A DNA stretch of 64,000 nucleotides from Gemmatimonadota bacterium (GCA_027294455.1 JAPULZ010000079.1:10-64009); one strand, 5' to 3'; shown: positions 10,843-20,056, numbered from the stretch's first letter. Numbers and translations: made by a program. The notes: generated by a model from the letters alone, not told the origin.

Positions 10843-11406
10843 ATGAACATCATACTTCTCGGAGCGCCCGGGTCCGGCAAGGGCACACAGGGCGAAATCC
10901 TCTCTTCCAGCCTCGGCGTGCCGCGGATAGCGACAGGCGATGTCTTGCGTGCGGCGGTGGCGGCGGGGGCACGACTCGGCGAGAAGGCCCAACGATTCAT
11001 GGACCGGGGAGAGCTGGTGCCCGACGATGTGATCCTAGGGCTGATCAGGGAGAAACTCGCCTCTCCCGAGGCGGCCAAGGGCGTCATCATGGACGGCTTC
11101 CCCCGCAATCCGGCACAGGCGACGGCCGTGGACGGATTCCTCTCGAGCCGGGGAGCGCGAGTCGATCAAGTGGTGAGCTTCGATGTCTCAGAGGGCGAGC
11201 TGGTGCTGCGGGCCATCGGACGGGCCTCGACCGAGGGGCGTTCCGACGACACGCCCGACACCATCCGCAAGCGGCTCGAGGTGTACCGAGAGCAAACCCA
11301 GCCGCTGATCGAGCACTACCAGAAGCGGAATATCGTGTCGATCATCGACGGCACCGGGACGATCGACGAGGTCGCGAAGCGTGTGGAGGACGCGGTCCAA
11401 TCATGA
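10843..11406 (+). CDS. adk: Adenylate kinase (short LID type)
   Basis: GAPGSGKGTQ, GELVPD, DGFPR, GRSDD. Confidence 0.96.
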   Translation: MNIILLGAPGSGKGTQGEILSSSLGVPRIATGDVLRAAVAAGARLGEKAQRFMDRGELVPDDVILGLIREKLASPEAAKGVIMDGFPRNPAQATAVDGFLSSRGARVDQVVSFDVSEGELVLRAIGRASTEGRSDDTPDTIRKRLEVYREQTQPLIEHYQKRNIVSIIDGTGTIDEVAKRVEDAVQS

Positions 11407-12173
11407 TCACGATCAAGTCGGCGCGGGAGGTAGAGACGATGGCGGCGGCCGGCCGCATCCTGGCCGACACGCTGGCCTTGATCGAGTCACACGTGCAGCC
11501 GGGACATACCACGGAAGAGCTCGATCGGCTGGCGGAAGAATTCATCCGGAGTCATTCGGGCGCACGACCCTCCTTCAAGGGTCTGTACGATTTTCCCAAA
11601 TCATTGTGCACGTCGATCAACAGCGAAGTCGTGCACGGCATTCCGTCGGCGAAGCGCGAGCTGCACGACGGGGACATCCTCAGCGTCGACTGCGGTGTGT
11701 GTCTGGACGGCCTCCACGCCGACTCGGCCCGCACGATGCCCGTCGGCACCATCGACGCCGAGGCCGCCCGGCTGCTTGCCGTGACCCAGGAGTGTCTGGA
11801 GGTAGGCATTGCCGCCGCGGTGGTCGACAACCGCACCGGCGACATCGGCCACGCGGTGCAAACCGTGGCGGAACGCGCCGGCTATGCCGTCGTCCGCGAA
11901 TTGGTGGGCCACGGCATCGGGACCCGATTCCACGAAGAGCCGCAGGTTCCCAACTTCGGCCGGCCGGGGCGGGGACACCGCCTCACCGAGGGGATGACGA
12001 TCGCCATCGAGCCGATGATCAACGCCGGGCAGAAAGAGATCCGCACGCTGTCCGACAAGTGGACCGTGGTGACGGCGGACGGTTCGCTGTCGGCGCACTT
12101 CGAGCACACAGTGTTGATTCATGCGGACGGGCCCCGGCTGCTGACGACCGTTCCAGCGGGGACGCCGGTCTAG
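11403..12173 (+). CDS. map: Type I methionine aminopeptidase
   Basis: VVHGIP, DSART, VGHGIG, HEEP, IEPM, SAHFEHT. Confidence 0.97.
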   Translation: MITIKSAREVETMAAAGRILADTLALIESHVQPGHTTEELDRLAEEFIRSHSGARPSFKGLYDFPKSLCTSINSEVVHGIPSAKRELHDGDILSVDCGVCLDGLHADSARTMPVGTIDAEAARLLAVTQECLEVGIAAAVVDNRTGDIGHAVQTVAERAGYAVVRELVGHGIGTRFHEEPQVPNFGRPGRGHRLTEGMTIAIEPMINAGQKEIRTLSDKWTVVTADGSLSAHFEHTVLIHADGPRLLTTVPAGTPV

Positions 12174-13072
12174 ACCGACCGGGCCGCGCGGAGCTTGGGC
12201 TCCAGCAGGTGTTCGGCAAGCGGCCTCGCAAGCTTCAAATCGGCCTCGGTCACGTTCGCCACCGCCTGTTCGGGAACCAATCCCACGAATTCGCTTGTCC
12301 ACACTCCCACGTGCAAGTCATCCGCGAGTCGGGCGACGGCGGCAAAGGCCTGCGCCGGGGTGGTGGTTGCGATGTCGAGGAGGTTCATCGAGACCTGCGC
12401 CCGCCCTCCGACGTCGAACCCCTTTGCCTGCACGGCCGGCAGGCCGCCGCTGCTGGCGCGTACCCGGGCGGCAATGCGCTCCGCGACCGTCTTGTCCGGC
12501 GTGTCGAGGAAGATGTTGTAGGCGACCAGGAAGGTCCTCGCACCCACCGCGGTGGCGCCGGCTGTGGGGTGCAGGGTCCCGGGTCCGCAATCTGGCGTGC
12601 GGGCCGATCCATGAAGCGCCTCGCCGAGGGAGGCCAATCCGCCGCGGCGCAGGTCGATCAGGTAGCAATGCTCCGGGGCGCGGGCCGCGTGTCCGTAGAG
12701 AAAAACCGGGATGTCGAGCTCGGCCCCAATGCGCGCGGCGAGGGACCGCGCCAATCCGACGCAGGTGTCCATGGACGTATCCCCGAGGGGAACCAGCGGT
12801 ACGACGTCGGTGGCGCCCACGCGTGGGTGCTCGCCTTCGTGCAACGTGAGATCGATCCGGTCCGTCGCGATCTGGGTCGTGCGAAACACCGCCTCACACA
12901 CCGCCTCGGCTTCTCCGGCCAGGGTCAAGACCGAGCGATGGTGGAACGCGTCGGAGTGCACGTCCAGGAGATGGGCCCCGGACACCGATCCGGCCGCGTG
13001 TGCGAGCGCGTCGATGACGGTGCGATCGCGGCCCTCGCTGAAGTTGGGCACGCACTCGATCCACGTCGTCAT
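12170..13072 (-). CDS. ftcD: Glutamate formiminotransferase (stand-alone FT domain, no cyclodeaminase)
   Basis: IECVPNFSEGRD, HEGEHPRVGATDVVP, GARTFLVAYN, QVSMNL, SEFVGLVP; 300 aa. Confidence 0.92.
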   Translation of the reverse strand: MTTWIECVPNFSEGRDRTVIDALAHAAGSVSGAHLLDVHSDAFHHRSVLTLAGEAEAVCEAVFRTTQIATDRIDLTLHEGEHPRVGATDVVPLVPLGDTSMDTCVGLARSLAARIGAELDIPVFLYGHAARAPEHCYLIDLRRGGLASLGEALHGSARTPDCGPGTLHPTAGATAVGARTFLVAYNIFLDTPDKTVAERIAARVRASSGGLPAVQAKGFDVGGRAQVSMNLLDIATTTPAQAFAAVARLADDLHVGVWTSEFVGLVPEQAVANVTEADLKLARPLAEHLLEPKLRAARSV

Positions 13073-13878
13073 GTCTCGTCCTCGCCCTGGGCCCCGTACG
13101 GGACGGCCTCCAGGAGCCAGGGTTGGATACTCGGGTTCCCTGCCACGATCGAGCCATGCTTTAGCACGTCCTCCGAGCCGGCGGCATCGGTGACGATGCC
13201 CCCCGCTTCGCGAACCAGCAGCACGCCGGCGGCCACGTCCCACGGTGCCAGCTGCAGTTCCCAGAACCCGTCGAAGCGACCCAGGGCGACGTCGACGAGA
13301 TCGAGGGCGGCGGATCCGGCCCGGCGTACTCCTGTGGTGTGACGGAGCAAGTAGGCGAACTGTTCCAGGTACTGGGGAAGGAGATCCAATGCCTTGAACG
13401 GGAATCCGGTTCCGATGAGCGCCGCCCCCGGGTCGGCGATCCTGGAGACCTCCATGGGGGTCGTGCCGGCGAATGCGCCACCGCCTGCGACGGCTGTGTA
13501 GGTGATCTGGCGCACCACGTCGGCGATGACGCCCACGCGGGGGATGCCTCTATGCACCCCGGCGATGCTCACCGCGTAGGCGGGAAACCCGTGAAGGAAA
13601 TTGGTGGTGCCGTCCAGCGGGTCGACGATCCAGACCAGGTTGTCGGACTCGGTGTCTGGACTCAGCTCTTCTCCCCGCACCAGCGAATCAGGGACGTGCT
13701 CCACGAGGTAGCTGGTGACCATGCGTTCCGCTTCCCGGTCGACTTCTGTCACGAAGTCTTTCAGTCCCTTCCGGCCCCACGCCGCGGGGTCGGTGGGGGC
13801 CTTCGCCTCACGAACGAAGGCCGCCGCACGCTCCGCCGCGTCGACGGCAACAGGGAGTAAGTCGCTAAATTCGAGCAT
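13069..13878 (-). CDS. suhB: Inositol monophosphatase family protein (SuhB-like)
   Basis: DFVTEVDREAE, GEE, WIVDPLDGTTNF, RRAGSAALD, PWDVAAG; start uncertain. Confidence 0.88.
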   Translation of the reverse strand: MLEFSDLLPVAVDAAERAAAFVREAKAPTDPAAWGRKGLKDFVTEVDREAERMVTSYLVEHVPDSLVRGEELSPDTESDNLVWIVDPLDGTTNFLHGFPAYAVSIAGVHRGIPRVGVIADVVRQITYTAVAGGGAFAGTTPMEVSRIADPGAALIGTGFPFKALDLLPQYLEQFAYLLRHTTGVRRAGSAALDLVDVALGRFDGFWELQLAPWDVAAGVLLVREAGGIVTDAAGSEDVLKHGSIVAGNPSIQPWLLEAVPYGAQGEDET

Positions 13879-13879
13879 C

Positions 13880-13908
13880 TTGCGGCCCTTTCCGTGGCCC
13901 CGTAGGTT
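13880..13908 (+). promoter_or_regulatory. Sigma70-type promoter of trpS (probably leaderless mRNA)
   Basis: TTGCGG-N17-TAGGTT; ATG lies 7 nt after the -10 element; no SD. Confidence 0.5.
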
Positions 13909-13914
13909 GAGCAG

Positions 13915-14916
13915 ATGGCACGCATATTTTCGGGTATTCAGCCCTCCGGTGAACTCCACATCGGCAACTATCTCGGTGCCGTCAAGAACTGGGTCGAGCT
14001 GCAGGAGAAGCACGAATGCTTTATTTGCGTCGTCGACTATCACGCCATCACCCAATCGTATGACATCGCCGCGTTCGAGGGACGGACGCACGACATGGCC
14101 CTCGGCTTGATGGCCGCCGGCATCGATCCGACGAGGTGCGTCCTGTTCGTGCAATCCCACGTCGCTCATCATACCGAGCTGGCCTGGATCTTCAACACCG
14201 TGACGCCCATCGGCGAACTCGAAAGGATGACGCAATTTAAGGACAAATCCCGACGGCAAGAGAGTATTCTCGCGGGGCTTCTCAATTACCCCGTGCTGCA
14301 AGCCGCGGACGTGTTGCTCTACAAAGCAGACCTCGTCCCGGTGGGCGAGGATCAGGTGCAGCACGTCGAATTGATGCGGGAAATCGTGCGCAAATGGAAT
14401 GCACGTTACAGCGAGGGTTTCTTTCCAGAACCGCAGGCATTGGTCGGATCCGGCAAGCGAATCAAGGGGCTCGACGGCCAGGCCAAGATGTCGAAGAGCC
14501 TCGACAACGCCATCGGCATCTTGGATGAGCCCGATGAGATCTGGAAGCGACTGCGCCCGGCGCCCACGGACCCGGCCCGAGTGAAGAGGACGGACCCCGG
14601 AACGCCGGAGAAGTGCAATTTGTACGACCTGCACCAACAGTTTTCTTCATTGCCGGTCGTGGAGGATGTCGCCGAAAAATGCCGCACGGCCGGGTGGGGG
14701 TGTATAGATTGTAAGCGAGTGCTCGCGGACAACATGGCCGAGGCGTTTGCCCCCATGCGCGCCCGAGCCGCGGAGCTGCGGGCGGCGCCGGAGCTGGTTC
14801 GGGACGCGCTCGCCGCTGGAGCGGGGAAGGCACGAAGGGTCGCAGAGGAGACCATGACCGGTGTCCGGGCGCACATGGGCTTGATGCCCGCGAAGTCCAT
14901 CGCGTCCGTCACCTGA
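13915..14916 (+). CDS. trpS: Tryptophan--tRNA ligase
   Basis: FSGIQPSG, HIGN, YPVLQAAD, VPVGEDQ, KMSKS. Confidence 0.97.
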   Translation: MARIFSGIQPSGELHIGNYLGAVKNWVELQEKHECFICVVDYHAITQSYDIAAFEGRTHDMALGLMAAGIDPTRCVLFVQSHVAHHTELAWIFNTVTPIGELERMTQFKDKSRRQESILAGLLNYPVLQAADVLLYKADLVPVGEDQVQHVELMREIVRKWNARYSEGFFPEPQALVGSGKRIKGLDGQAKMSKSLDNAIGILDEPDEIWKRLRPAPTDPARVKRTDPGTPEKCNLYDLHQQFSSLPVVEDVAEKCRTAGWGCIDCKRVLADNMAEAFAPMRARAAELRAAPELVRDALAAGAGKARRVAEETMTGVRAHMGLMPAKSIASVT

Positions 14917-14929
14917 GACCGCCTATATA

Positions 14930-15400
14930 ATGAATGAGTGGTTTGTTCAGGCCGTTCGGGATCTGCGGCTCGACCTCCTCGCCCTCCTCGTGCTGGCGGT
15001 CGTGCTCGGGGGAGCCATCGGGGTCGAGCGCGAGCTGCAGCAAAAGGCCGCGGGGCTCAGAACCAATATCTTGATCTGCATCGGCGCCACGCTGTTCACC
15101 GTGCTCTCACTGGAGATGGCCGGCCCGACGGGTGATCCGGCCAGGACCGCCGCCCAGATCGTCACGGGCGTCGGCTTTCTCGGCGCAGGGACCATCATGC
15201 AAAGTGGGAGCGGTGTCAGCGGCTTGACGACCGCGGCGACGATGTGGCTCGTTGCGGCGATTGGGATGGCGATCGGATTCGGTGCGGTCCTCGAAGCCAC
15301 GGGTGCGACGTTACTGGTGTTGTTGGTGCTGAGTGTCCTCAAACCGATCGAGCGCTCGATCGAGGCCCGGGGTCGATCGCGGGCGGGAAGCGCCGACTGA
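14930..15400 (+). CDS. MgtC/SapB family membrane protein
   Basis: GGAIGVERE..QKAAGLRT, DPARTAAQIVTGVGFLGAG, GLTTAATMW. Confidence 0.92.
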   Translation: MNEWFVQAVRDLRLDLLALLVLAVVLGGAIGVERELQQKAAGLRTNILICIGATLFTVLSLEMAGPTGDPARTAAQIVTGVGFLGAGTIMQSGSGVSGLTTAATMWLVAAIGMAIGFGAVLEATGATLLVLLVLSVLKPIERSIEARGRSRAGSAD

Positions 15401-15431
15401 GTTCTCGCATTTCCATCTGGGGTATTGATAC

Positions 15432-16526
15432 ATGGAGCACGTGATCAAGGCGGCGGTGGCGCGGGGCGCCTCGGATCTGCATGTGAAGGCGGGCGACGTT
15501 TTCCGAGCTCGCATCGACGGTGAGTTCCAGCCGCTGACCAAGCGCCGGTTGACGCCCGAGCAAACCAAGGCCATTGCCATGCGGTTGATGCCCAACGAAG
15601 CGGATCGCGAGCGAATCGACTCGATTCGGGATTTTGATTGTTCGTGGGGTGCGCCGGGCATCGGACGCTTCCGGGTGAACATTCTCCGCCAACGGTCGTC
15701 GTTCATGATCGTGATGCGTGCCATCCCGTTCGACGTCCCCACAGTGGAAAAGCTCGGGCTTCCGCCCATCGTGTCGAAGATCGCGGAGGCCGAACGGGGT
15801 CTCGTGGTGGTGACCGGCCCGGCGGGCAACGGCAAGAGCTCGACGATCGCCGCGATGATCAGCCAGATCAATGCGACGTCGAACAAACACATCGTCACGC
15901 TGGAGAATCCCATCGAGTTCCTGCACCGAGACGTACAAAGCTCGGTGACCCAACGCGAGGTGGGTGTGGACACCGACGGGCTGGCCGTGGGGGTGCGGGC
16001 CGCGCTGCGCCAAGACGCCGATGTCATCTTCGTGAGCGAACTGCTGGACCATGACGTCGTGAATGCGGCGATGCAGGCTGCCGAGATGGGGTCGCTGGTG
16101 ATTTCCTCGATGCACACGGGCGATGCGACGTCGACCATCTCCCGCATCGTTTCCATGTTTCCACCCGAAGAGCAGGAGCTGACACGGCTGCGCCTCGCCG
16201 ACAACTTGCATGCCGTGGTGTTTCAGCGACTCCTTCCCCGAGCGGACGGTGAGGGTCGTGTGCCCGTGGTGGAGGTCGTCGTGTGCACCCCGGAGATTCG
16301 CGCGGTCGTGAAGGACCGTACGCGCGCCGGCGAACTGCAGGGTCTCATCGAGGCGGGCAGCGAGGAACACGGCATGCAGTCGCTCGATCAACACCTGCGC
16401 AAGTTGGTGGAAGCCAACGTCATTGCGCAGGAAACGGCTGTGGCCACGGCGAGGGATCCGTCGGTGTTCGAGCCCCCCCGGAAGAGTCGCCGCACTACCA
16501 AGAAGAAAACCACGAAGTCGACATGA
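15432..16526 (+). CDS. PilT/PilU family ATPase with degenerate motifs
   Basis: ASDLH, GRFRVN, TGPAGNGKSST, QREVG, ALRQD; several canonical residues substituted. Confidence 0.88.
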   Translation: MEHVIKAAVARGASDLHVKAGDVFRARIDGEFQPLTKRRLTPEQTKAIAMRLMPNEADRERIDSIRDFDCSWGAPGIGRFRVNILRQRSSFMIVMRAIPFDVPTVEKLGLPPIVSKIAEAERGLVVVTGPAGNGKSSTIAAMISQINATSNKHIVTLENPIEFLHRDVQSSVTQREVGVDTDGLAVGVRAALRQDADVIFVSELLDHDVVNAAMQAAEMGSLVISSMHTGDATSTISRIVSMFPPEEQELTRLRLADNLHAVVFQRLLPRADGEGRVPVVEVVVCTPEIRAVVKDRTRAGELQGLIEAGSEEHGMQSLDQHLRKLVEANVIAQETAVATARDPSVFEPPRKSRRTTKKKTTKST

Positions 16527-17425
16527 CGGTGCGTGATAGACTCCGGGGTGTGCTGGCCCCTCTCACGACGCCGTTCGACGCCGCTACCGGTGACCCCGCG
16601 GCGGTACCGCTGCGCAGCAATGCTCGAGCGGTCCTCGAGGCGGGAGCGACGGGCGTTGTGGTGGGTGGATCGACGGGCGAGGCGCCGTTGCTGGGCGAGG
16701 AGGAATACCGCCGCATGGTGGGGTGGCTTCGTGAGGTCGTGCCGGACGATCGGCTGTTGATCGTGGGCGCTGGCCGCGAGTCCACCCGCGCGACGGTGAC
16801 GGCATGTCGCGAAGGCGCGGAACAGGGCGCCGATGCAGCGCTCGTGCGGACCCCCGCGTACTACGCGCCGTCCATATCTCAACGGGCACTCATCGATCAT
16901 TTTCGGACGGTGGCCGATGAGTCTCCGATTCCCGTTCTGGTGTACAACATTCCCAAGTACACGAATCTCCCCATCGCTGATGCGGTGTTGACGGCGCTGG
17001 CCACGCATCAGAACATCGTCGGTGCGAAGGACTCGTGCGGGGATCTCAAGAACTTCGCCGCGTACCGCGACGCGGTCCCGGATTGGGCGCTGTTCATCGG
17101 CTCCGGCGCGTTACTCTACGCCGCACTCGAATTGGGAGCGGTCGGGGGCATTCTGGCCGTAGCCGATTTTGCCGCCGAGCTGGCGGTGGCCGTGGCGGAG
17201 GCATTCGAGCGGGGCGACAAGGCGGCCTCGGGTCGGAGCCAGGAGCGCCTGATGCCCCTCCACAAGGAGATCGTGGCGGCGCACGGCCCTGCCGGCGTGA
17301 AGTGTGCGATGGATGCCGTGGGGCTTGCGGGCGGCTCGGTGCGGCCGCCGTTGCGGGGCCTGAGTGAGTCCGAAGCGAAGGGCGTCGCCGCTTTGATCGG
17401 CACGGCCGAGTTGGTGGCCGCCTAG
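16523..17425 (+). CDS. Dihydrodipicolinate synthase family aldolase (DapA/HOGA-like)
   Basis: TPF, GSTGEA, YNIP, GAKDS Schiff-base Lys, VRPPL. Confidence 0.9.
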   Translation: MTVRDRLRGVLAPLTTPFDAATGDPAAVPLRSNARAVLEAGATGVVVGGSTGEAPLLGEEEYRRMVGWLREVVPDDRLLIVGAGRESTRATVTACREGAEQGADAALVRTPAYYAPSISQRALIDHFRTVADESPIPVLVYNIPKYTNLPIADAVLTALATHQNIVGAKDSCGDLKNFAAYRDAVPDWALFIGSGALLYAALELGAVGGILAVADFAAELAVAVAEAFERGDKAASGRSQERLMPLHKEIVAAHGPAGVKCAMDAVGLAGGSVRPPLRGLSESEAKGVAALIGTAELVAA

Positions 17426-17432
17426 GCCGGTC

Positions 17433-18542
17433 GTGGACTGGCCCGACGGCCTGTTCCGTCGCGTGGCGGTGCCGCGGTTGCCGGGTTCGCAGGCGGTGCG
17501 CGCGGTAGAGGACCTCATCGTGGATCGGCTCGTCGCCACGGGCTATCGTGTCGAGCGTCAAGCGTTCCGGACCTCGGTGGCGCGTCTGCGGGCCGTCGGG
17601 GTGGTGGGGGCCGGCCTCGGATGGTGCGCGCTAGCTTTTTTCCCTCTGTTCGTCCTCCCATTCCCCGGTTACGTGGTCGCGGCCACGGGCGCGGCGGCGC
17701 TGGCAATGGTTGCCCTCGTGGCGGTTGGCGTGGCGCGGCGACGCCCGAGTGAGACGGAAGCGGTGGCCGCCACCAACATCATTGCCACCCGGTCGGCAAC
17801 GCCAGCCTGCTGGCTGGTTGCCCATTCCGACAGCAAAGCGCAGAAGTTGTCGTTGCGGGGGCGCGTCGTGGCGTTTGCGGCGCTCGGACTCGGAACCTTG
17901 GGGCTCGTGGTGTGCCTGATCATCCGGGTGGCCGGTCCCCTGCCCGTTGGCGTCGTGGCGCCATGGATCCTGTTCACGCTGGCCGGCGGTGCCGCCATGG
18001 CCGTGTCGTGGTCGGTGGGGGACTCGCCCGGGGCGGTGGACAACGCGTCGGGAATCATCGCGGTGCTCGTTGCAGCCGAACTGGCGCGGCATCGGTCGGA
18101 CATCGGTGTGCTGATCACCGGCGCAGAAGAGTATGGCATGGAGGGCTCCCGGGCGTGGACTGCCGCGGGCGCCCCCAGGGGGGTGTTCGTGAACTTCGAC
18201 GGTCTCGACGATCGTGGCGCGTTCACCCTGATGCGCCACGACCCGGCGAGGACATCCGCCTCCCCCGAGGCGGTGTCCGGCGTCGCGGTGTTCGATGCCG
18301 TTTCGGCCGCTCTCACCGACGACGGGCATGGCCTGCGCCGTTCACGGCTCCCGCTCGGGATCTTCGTGGACGGTTCCGTCCTGGCGGCGGCGGGGATGCC
18401 GGGTGTCACCCTGAGCCGCGGGGATTGGCGTACACTGGGGGTCGTCCACACGGAGCGGGACACCGCGGACCGCGCGGGGGTGCGCAGTGCGGTAGAGGCG
18501 GGGCGACTGGTCGCCCGGGCCGTCGACGAGCTGCTCGGTTGA
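17433..18542 (+). CDS. M28 family metallopeptidase with inserted transmembrane hairpins
   Basis: AHSDS, PGAVDNASG, GAEEYG, NFDG, VHTERD; two hydrophobic hairpins inside the domain. Confidence 0.82.
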   Translation: MDWPDGLFRRVAVPRLPGSQAVRAVEDLIVDRLVATGYRVERQAFRTSVARLRAVGVVGAGLGWCALAFFPLFVLPFPGYVVAATGAAALAMVALVAVGVARRRPSETEAVAATNIIATRSATPACWLVAHSDSKAQKLSLRGRVVAFAALGLGTLGLVVCLIIRVAGPLPVGVVAPWILFTLAGGAAMAVSWSVGDSPGAVDNASGIIAVLVAAELARHRSDIGVLITGAEEYGMEGSRAWTAAGAPRGVFVNFDGLDDRGAFTLMRHDPARTSASPEAVSGVAVFDAVSAALTDDGHGLRRSRLPLGIFVDGSVLAAAGMPGVTLSRGDWRTLGVVHTERDTADRAGVRSAVEAGRLVARAVDELLG

Positions 18543-18567
18543 CGCGATTCGGGTCCACTCCTACCTT
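18539..18567 (+). promoter_or_regulatory. Sigma70-type promoter of purA
   Basis: TTGACG-N17-TACCTT. Confidence 0.65.
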
Positions 18568-18686
18568 TCGTCAAAGGATGCTCCGACGGAACCCCCGCGG
18601 GGCTTTTTGTTTGCCCTCAGATCAGCCAGCGGTTTGTTGCGGCGATGGCTCGGCGTGCGCTGGCGGCCAACGCTGCGGGAGAAAGT

Positions 18687-19970
18687 ATGTTCGGTCCAAA
18701 GCGGCACTGTGTCGTCGTGGTAGGGGCGCAGTGGGGTGACGAGGGGAAGGGCAAGATCGTCGATGTCCTGGCGGAGCGCGCCGACCTGGTGGTGCGGTAT
18801 CAGGGCGGTGCCAATGCGGGACACACCGTCATCAAGGGCGACGACGAGTTCATTCTGCACCAGATTCCCTCAGGAGTACTGCATCCGTCGACCCGGTGTG
18901 TGATTGGAAACGGCGTCGTGCTGGACCCGGAAACGATGCTGGAAGAATTGGATGACCTGGTGGCCCGGGGTGTCGACGTGGCCGGGCGGGTGGTCGTGTC
19001 CGATCGGGCTCATCTCGTGCTGCCGTATCACAAGCGACTGGACAAGGCGTCCGAAAAGGAACAGCGAATCGGGACGACCGGTCGCGGCATCGGTCCCGCA
19101 TATGAAGACAAGATCGGCCGGCGCGGCGTGCGGGCGGGAGATCTGCGATGCCTTGAGCGGCTGTGGCCTTTCTTGGAGAAACGTGTCCAAGAGGTCAACC
19201 AGCGACTCGAACTTCTGGGTGCGGACGACCGGGTCTCGATGGAGGATCACGTGAGCTTGCTCGAGCGGGTGGCGCCGCGGTTGGTGCCCATGTTGGAGGA
19301 CACGGGGCTCACCACGTTCCTGGCACTCCAGGAGGGACGGCGCGTGCTGCTCGAGGGTGCCCAAGGGTCACAGCTGGACGTGGACCACGGTACGTACCCG
19401 TTCGTGACGTCGTCCAACACCACGGCTGGTGGTGCCGCGCTCGGTGCGGGGATCGGTCCGATGAAGATCGATGCCGTGCTCGGGGTCGTGAAGGCGTACA
19501 CGACCCGCGTGGGCAACGGCCCGCTGCCCACGGAAGCGGACGAGACGGAGGCGGCGACACTCCGATCGCTCGGTGAAGAGTATGGGGCAACGACCGGCCG
19601 CCCGCGGCGCTGTGGATGGTTCGATGCTGTGGTGGTGCGTTATGCGGTGCGGGTCAACGGGCTCACCGACCTCGCCGTGACCAAGCTCGACGTGCTCGAC
19701 AGTTTGCCACGCATCCCCTTGTGCACCGGATACAGCATCGCCGGCGATGTCGTGGACGAAATGCCTTCGGATGCCGACGCGCTCGAGCGCATCGAGCCGC
19801 AGTATGAATTCGTCGATGGGTGGAACCGTCCCACCTCGGATGCACGGTGCCTGGCCGACTTGCCGCCGCAAGCGCGCGCGTACCTGGATAGGATCCAGGA
19901 CCTGGTACGCGTTCCGATCAGTTACGTGAGCGTCGGCACACGCCGGGACCAGATCATCGGCGTGGATTAG
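18687..19970 (+). CDS. purA: Adenylosuccinate synthetase
   Basis: GAQWGDEGKGK, QGGANAGHT, GTTGRGIGPAY, YPFVTSS, TTGRPRRCGW. Confidence 0.98.
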   Translation: MFGPKRHCVVVVGAQWGDEGKGKIVDVLAERADLVVRYQGGANAGHTVIKGDDEFILHQIPSGVLHPSTRCVIGNGVVLDPETMLEELDDLVARGVDVAGRVVVSDRAHLVLPYHKRLDKASEKEQRIGTTGRGIGPAYEDKIGRRGVRAGDLRCLERLWPFLEKRVQEVNQRLELLGADDRVSMEDHVSLLERVAPRLVPMLEDTGLTTFLALQEGRRVLLEGAQGSQLDVDHGTYPFVTSSNTTAGGAALGAGIGPMKIDAVLGVVKAYTTRVGNGPLPTEADETEAATLRSLGEEYGATTGRPRRCGWFDAVVVRYAVRVNGLTDLAVTKLDVLDSLPRIPLCTGYSIAGDVVDEMPSDADALERIEPQYEFVDGWNRPTSDARCLADLPPQARAYLDRIQDLVRVPISYVSVGTRRDQIIGVD

Positions 19971-20056
19971 TGAAGAGCAAAGCGCGCAGCGCGGCCGCTC
20001 GGAAGCAAGTGTCGGTGCGGAGCCGCACGGCCGTTACGGGCTAAAATCGCTGGGTA

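Noticed and set aside
11381-13342. 653-aa plus-strand ORF over map, ftcD and suhB, and similar long alternative ORFs (e.g. 45622-47418, 22589-23932)
   Set aside because: Arg/Gly/Pro-rich, overlapping well-supported genes; expected in high-GC DNA.
13879-14637. Long N-terminal extensions in the ORF track (suhB, also ftcD, kinase 1, murQ, dapA-like, ltaE)
   Set aside because: The extensions overlap neighbouring genes or intergenic DNA; internal starts give normal lengths or coupled junctions.
19970-20044. 24-codon basic ORF starting at a GTG overlapping the purA stop
   Set aside because: Too short, with no family resemblance; may simply be convergent spacer.
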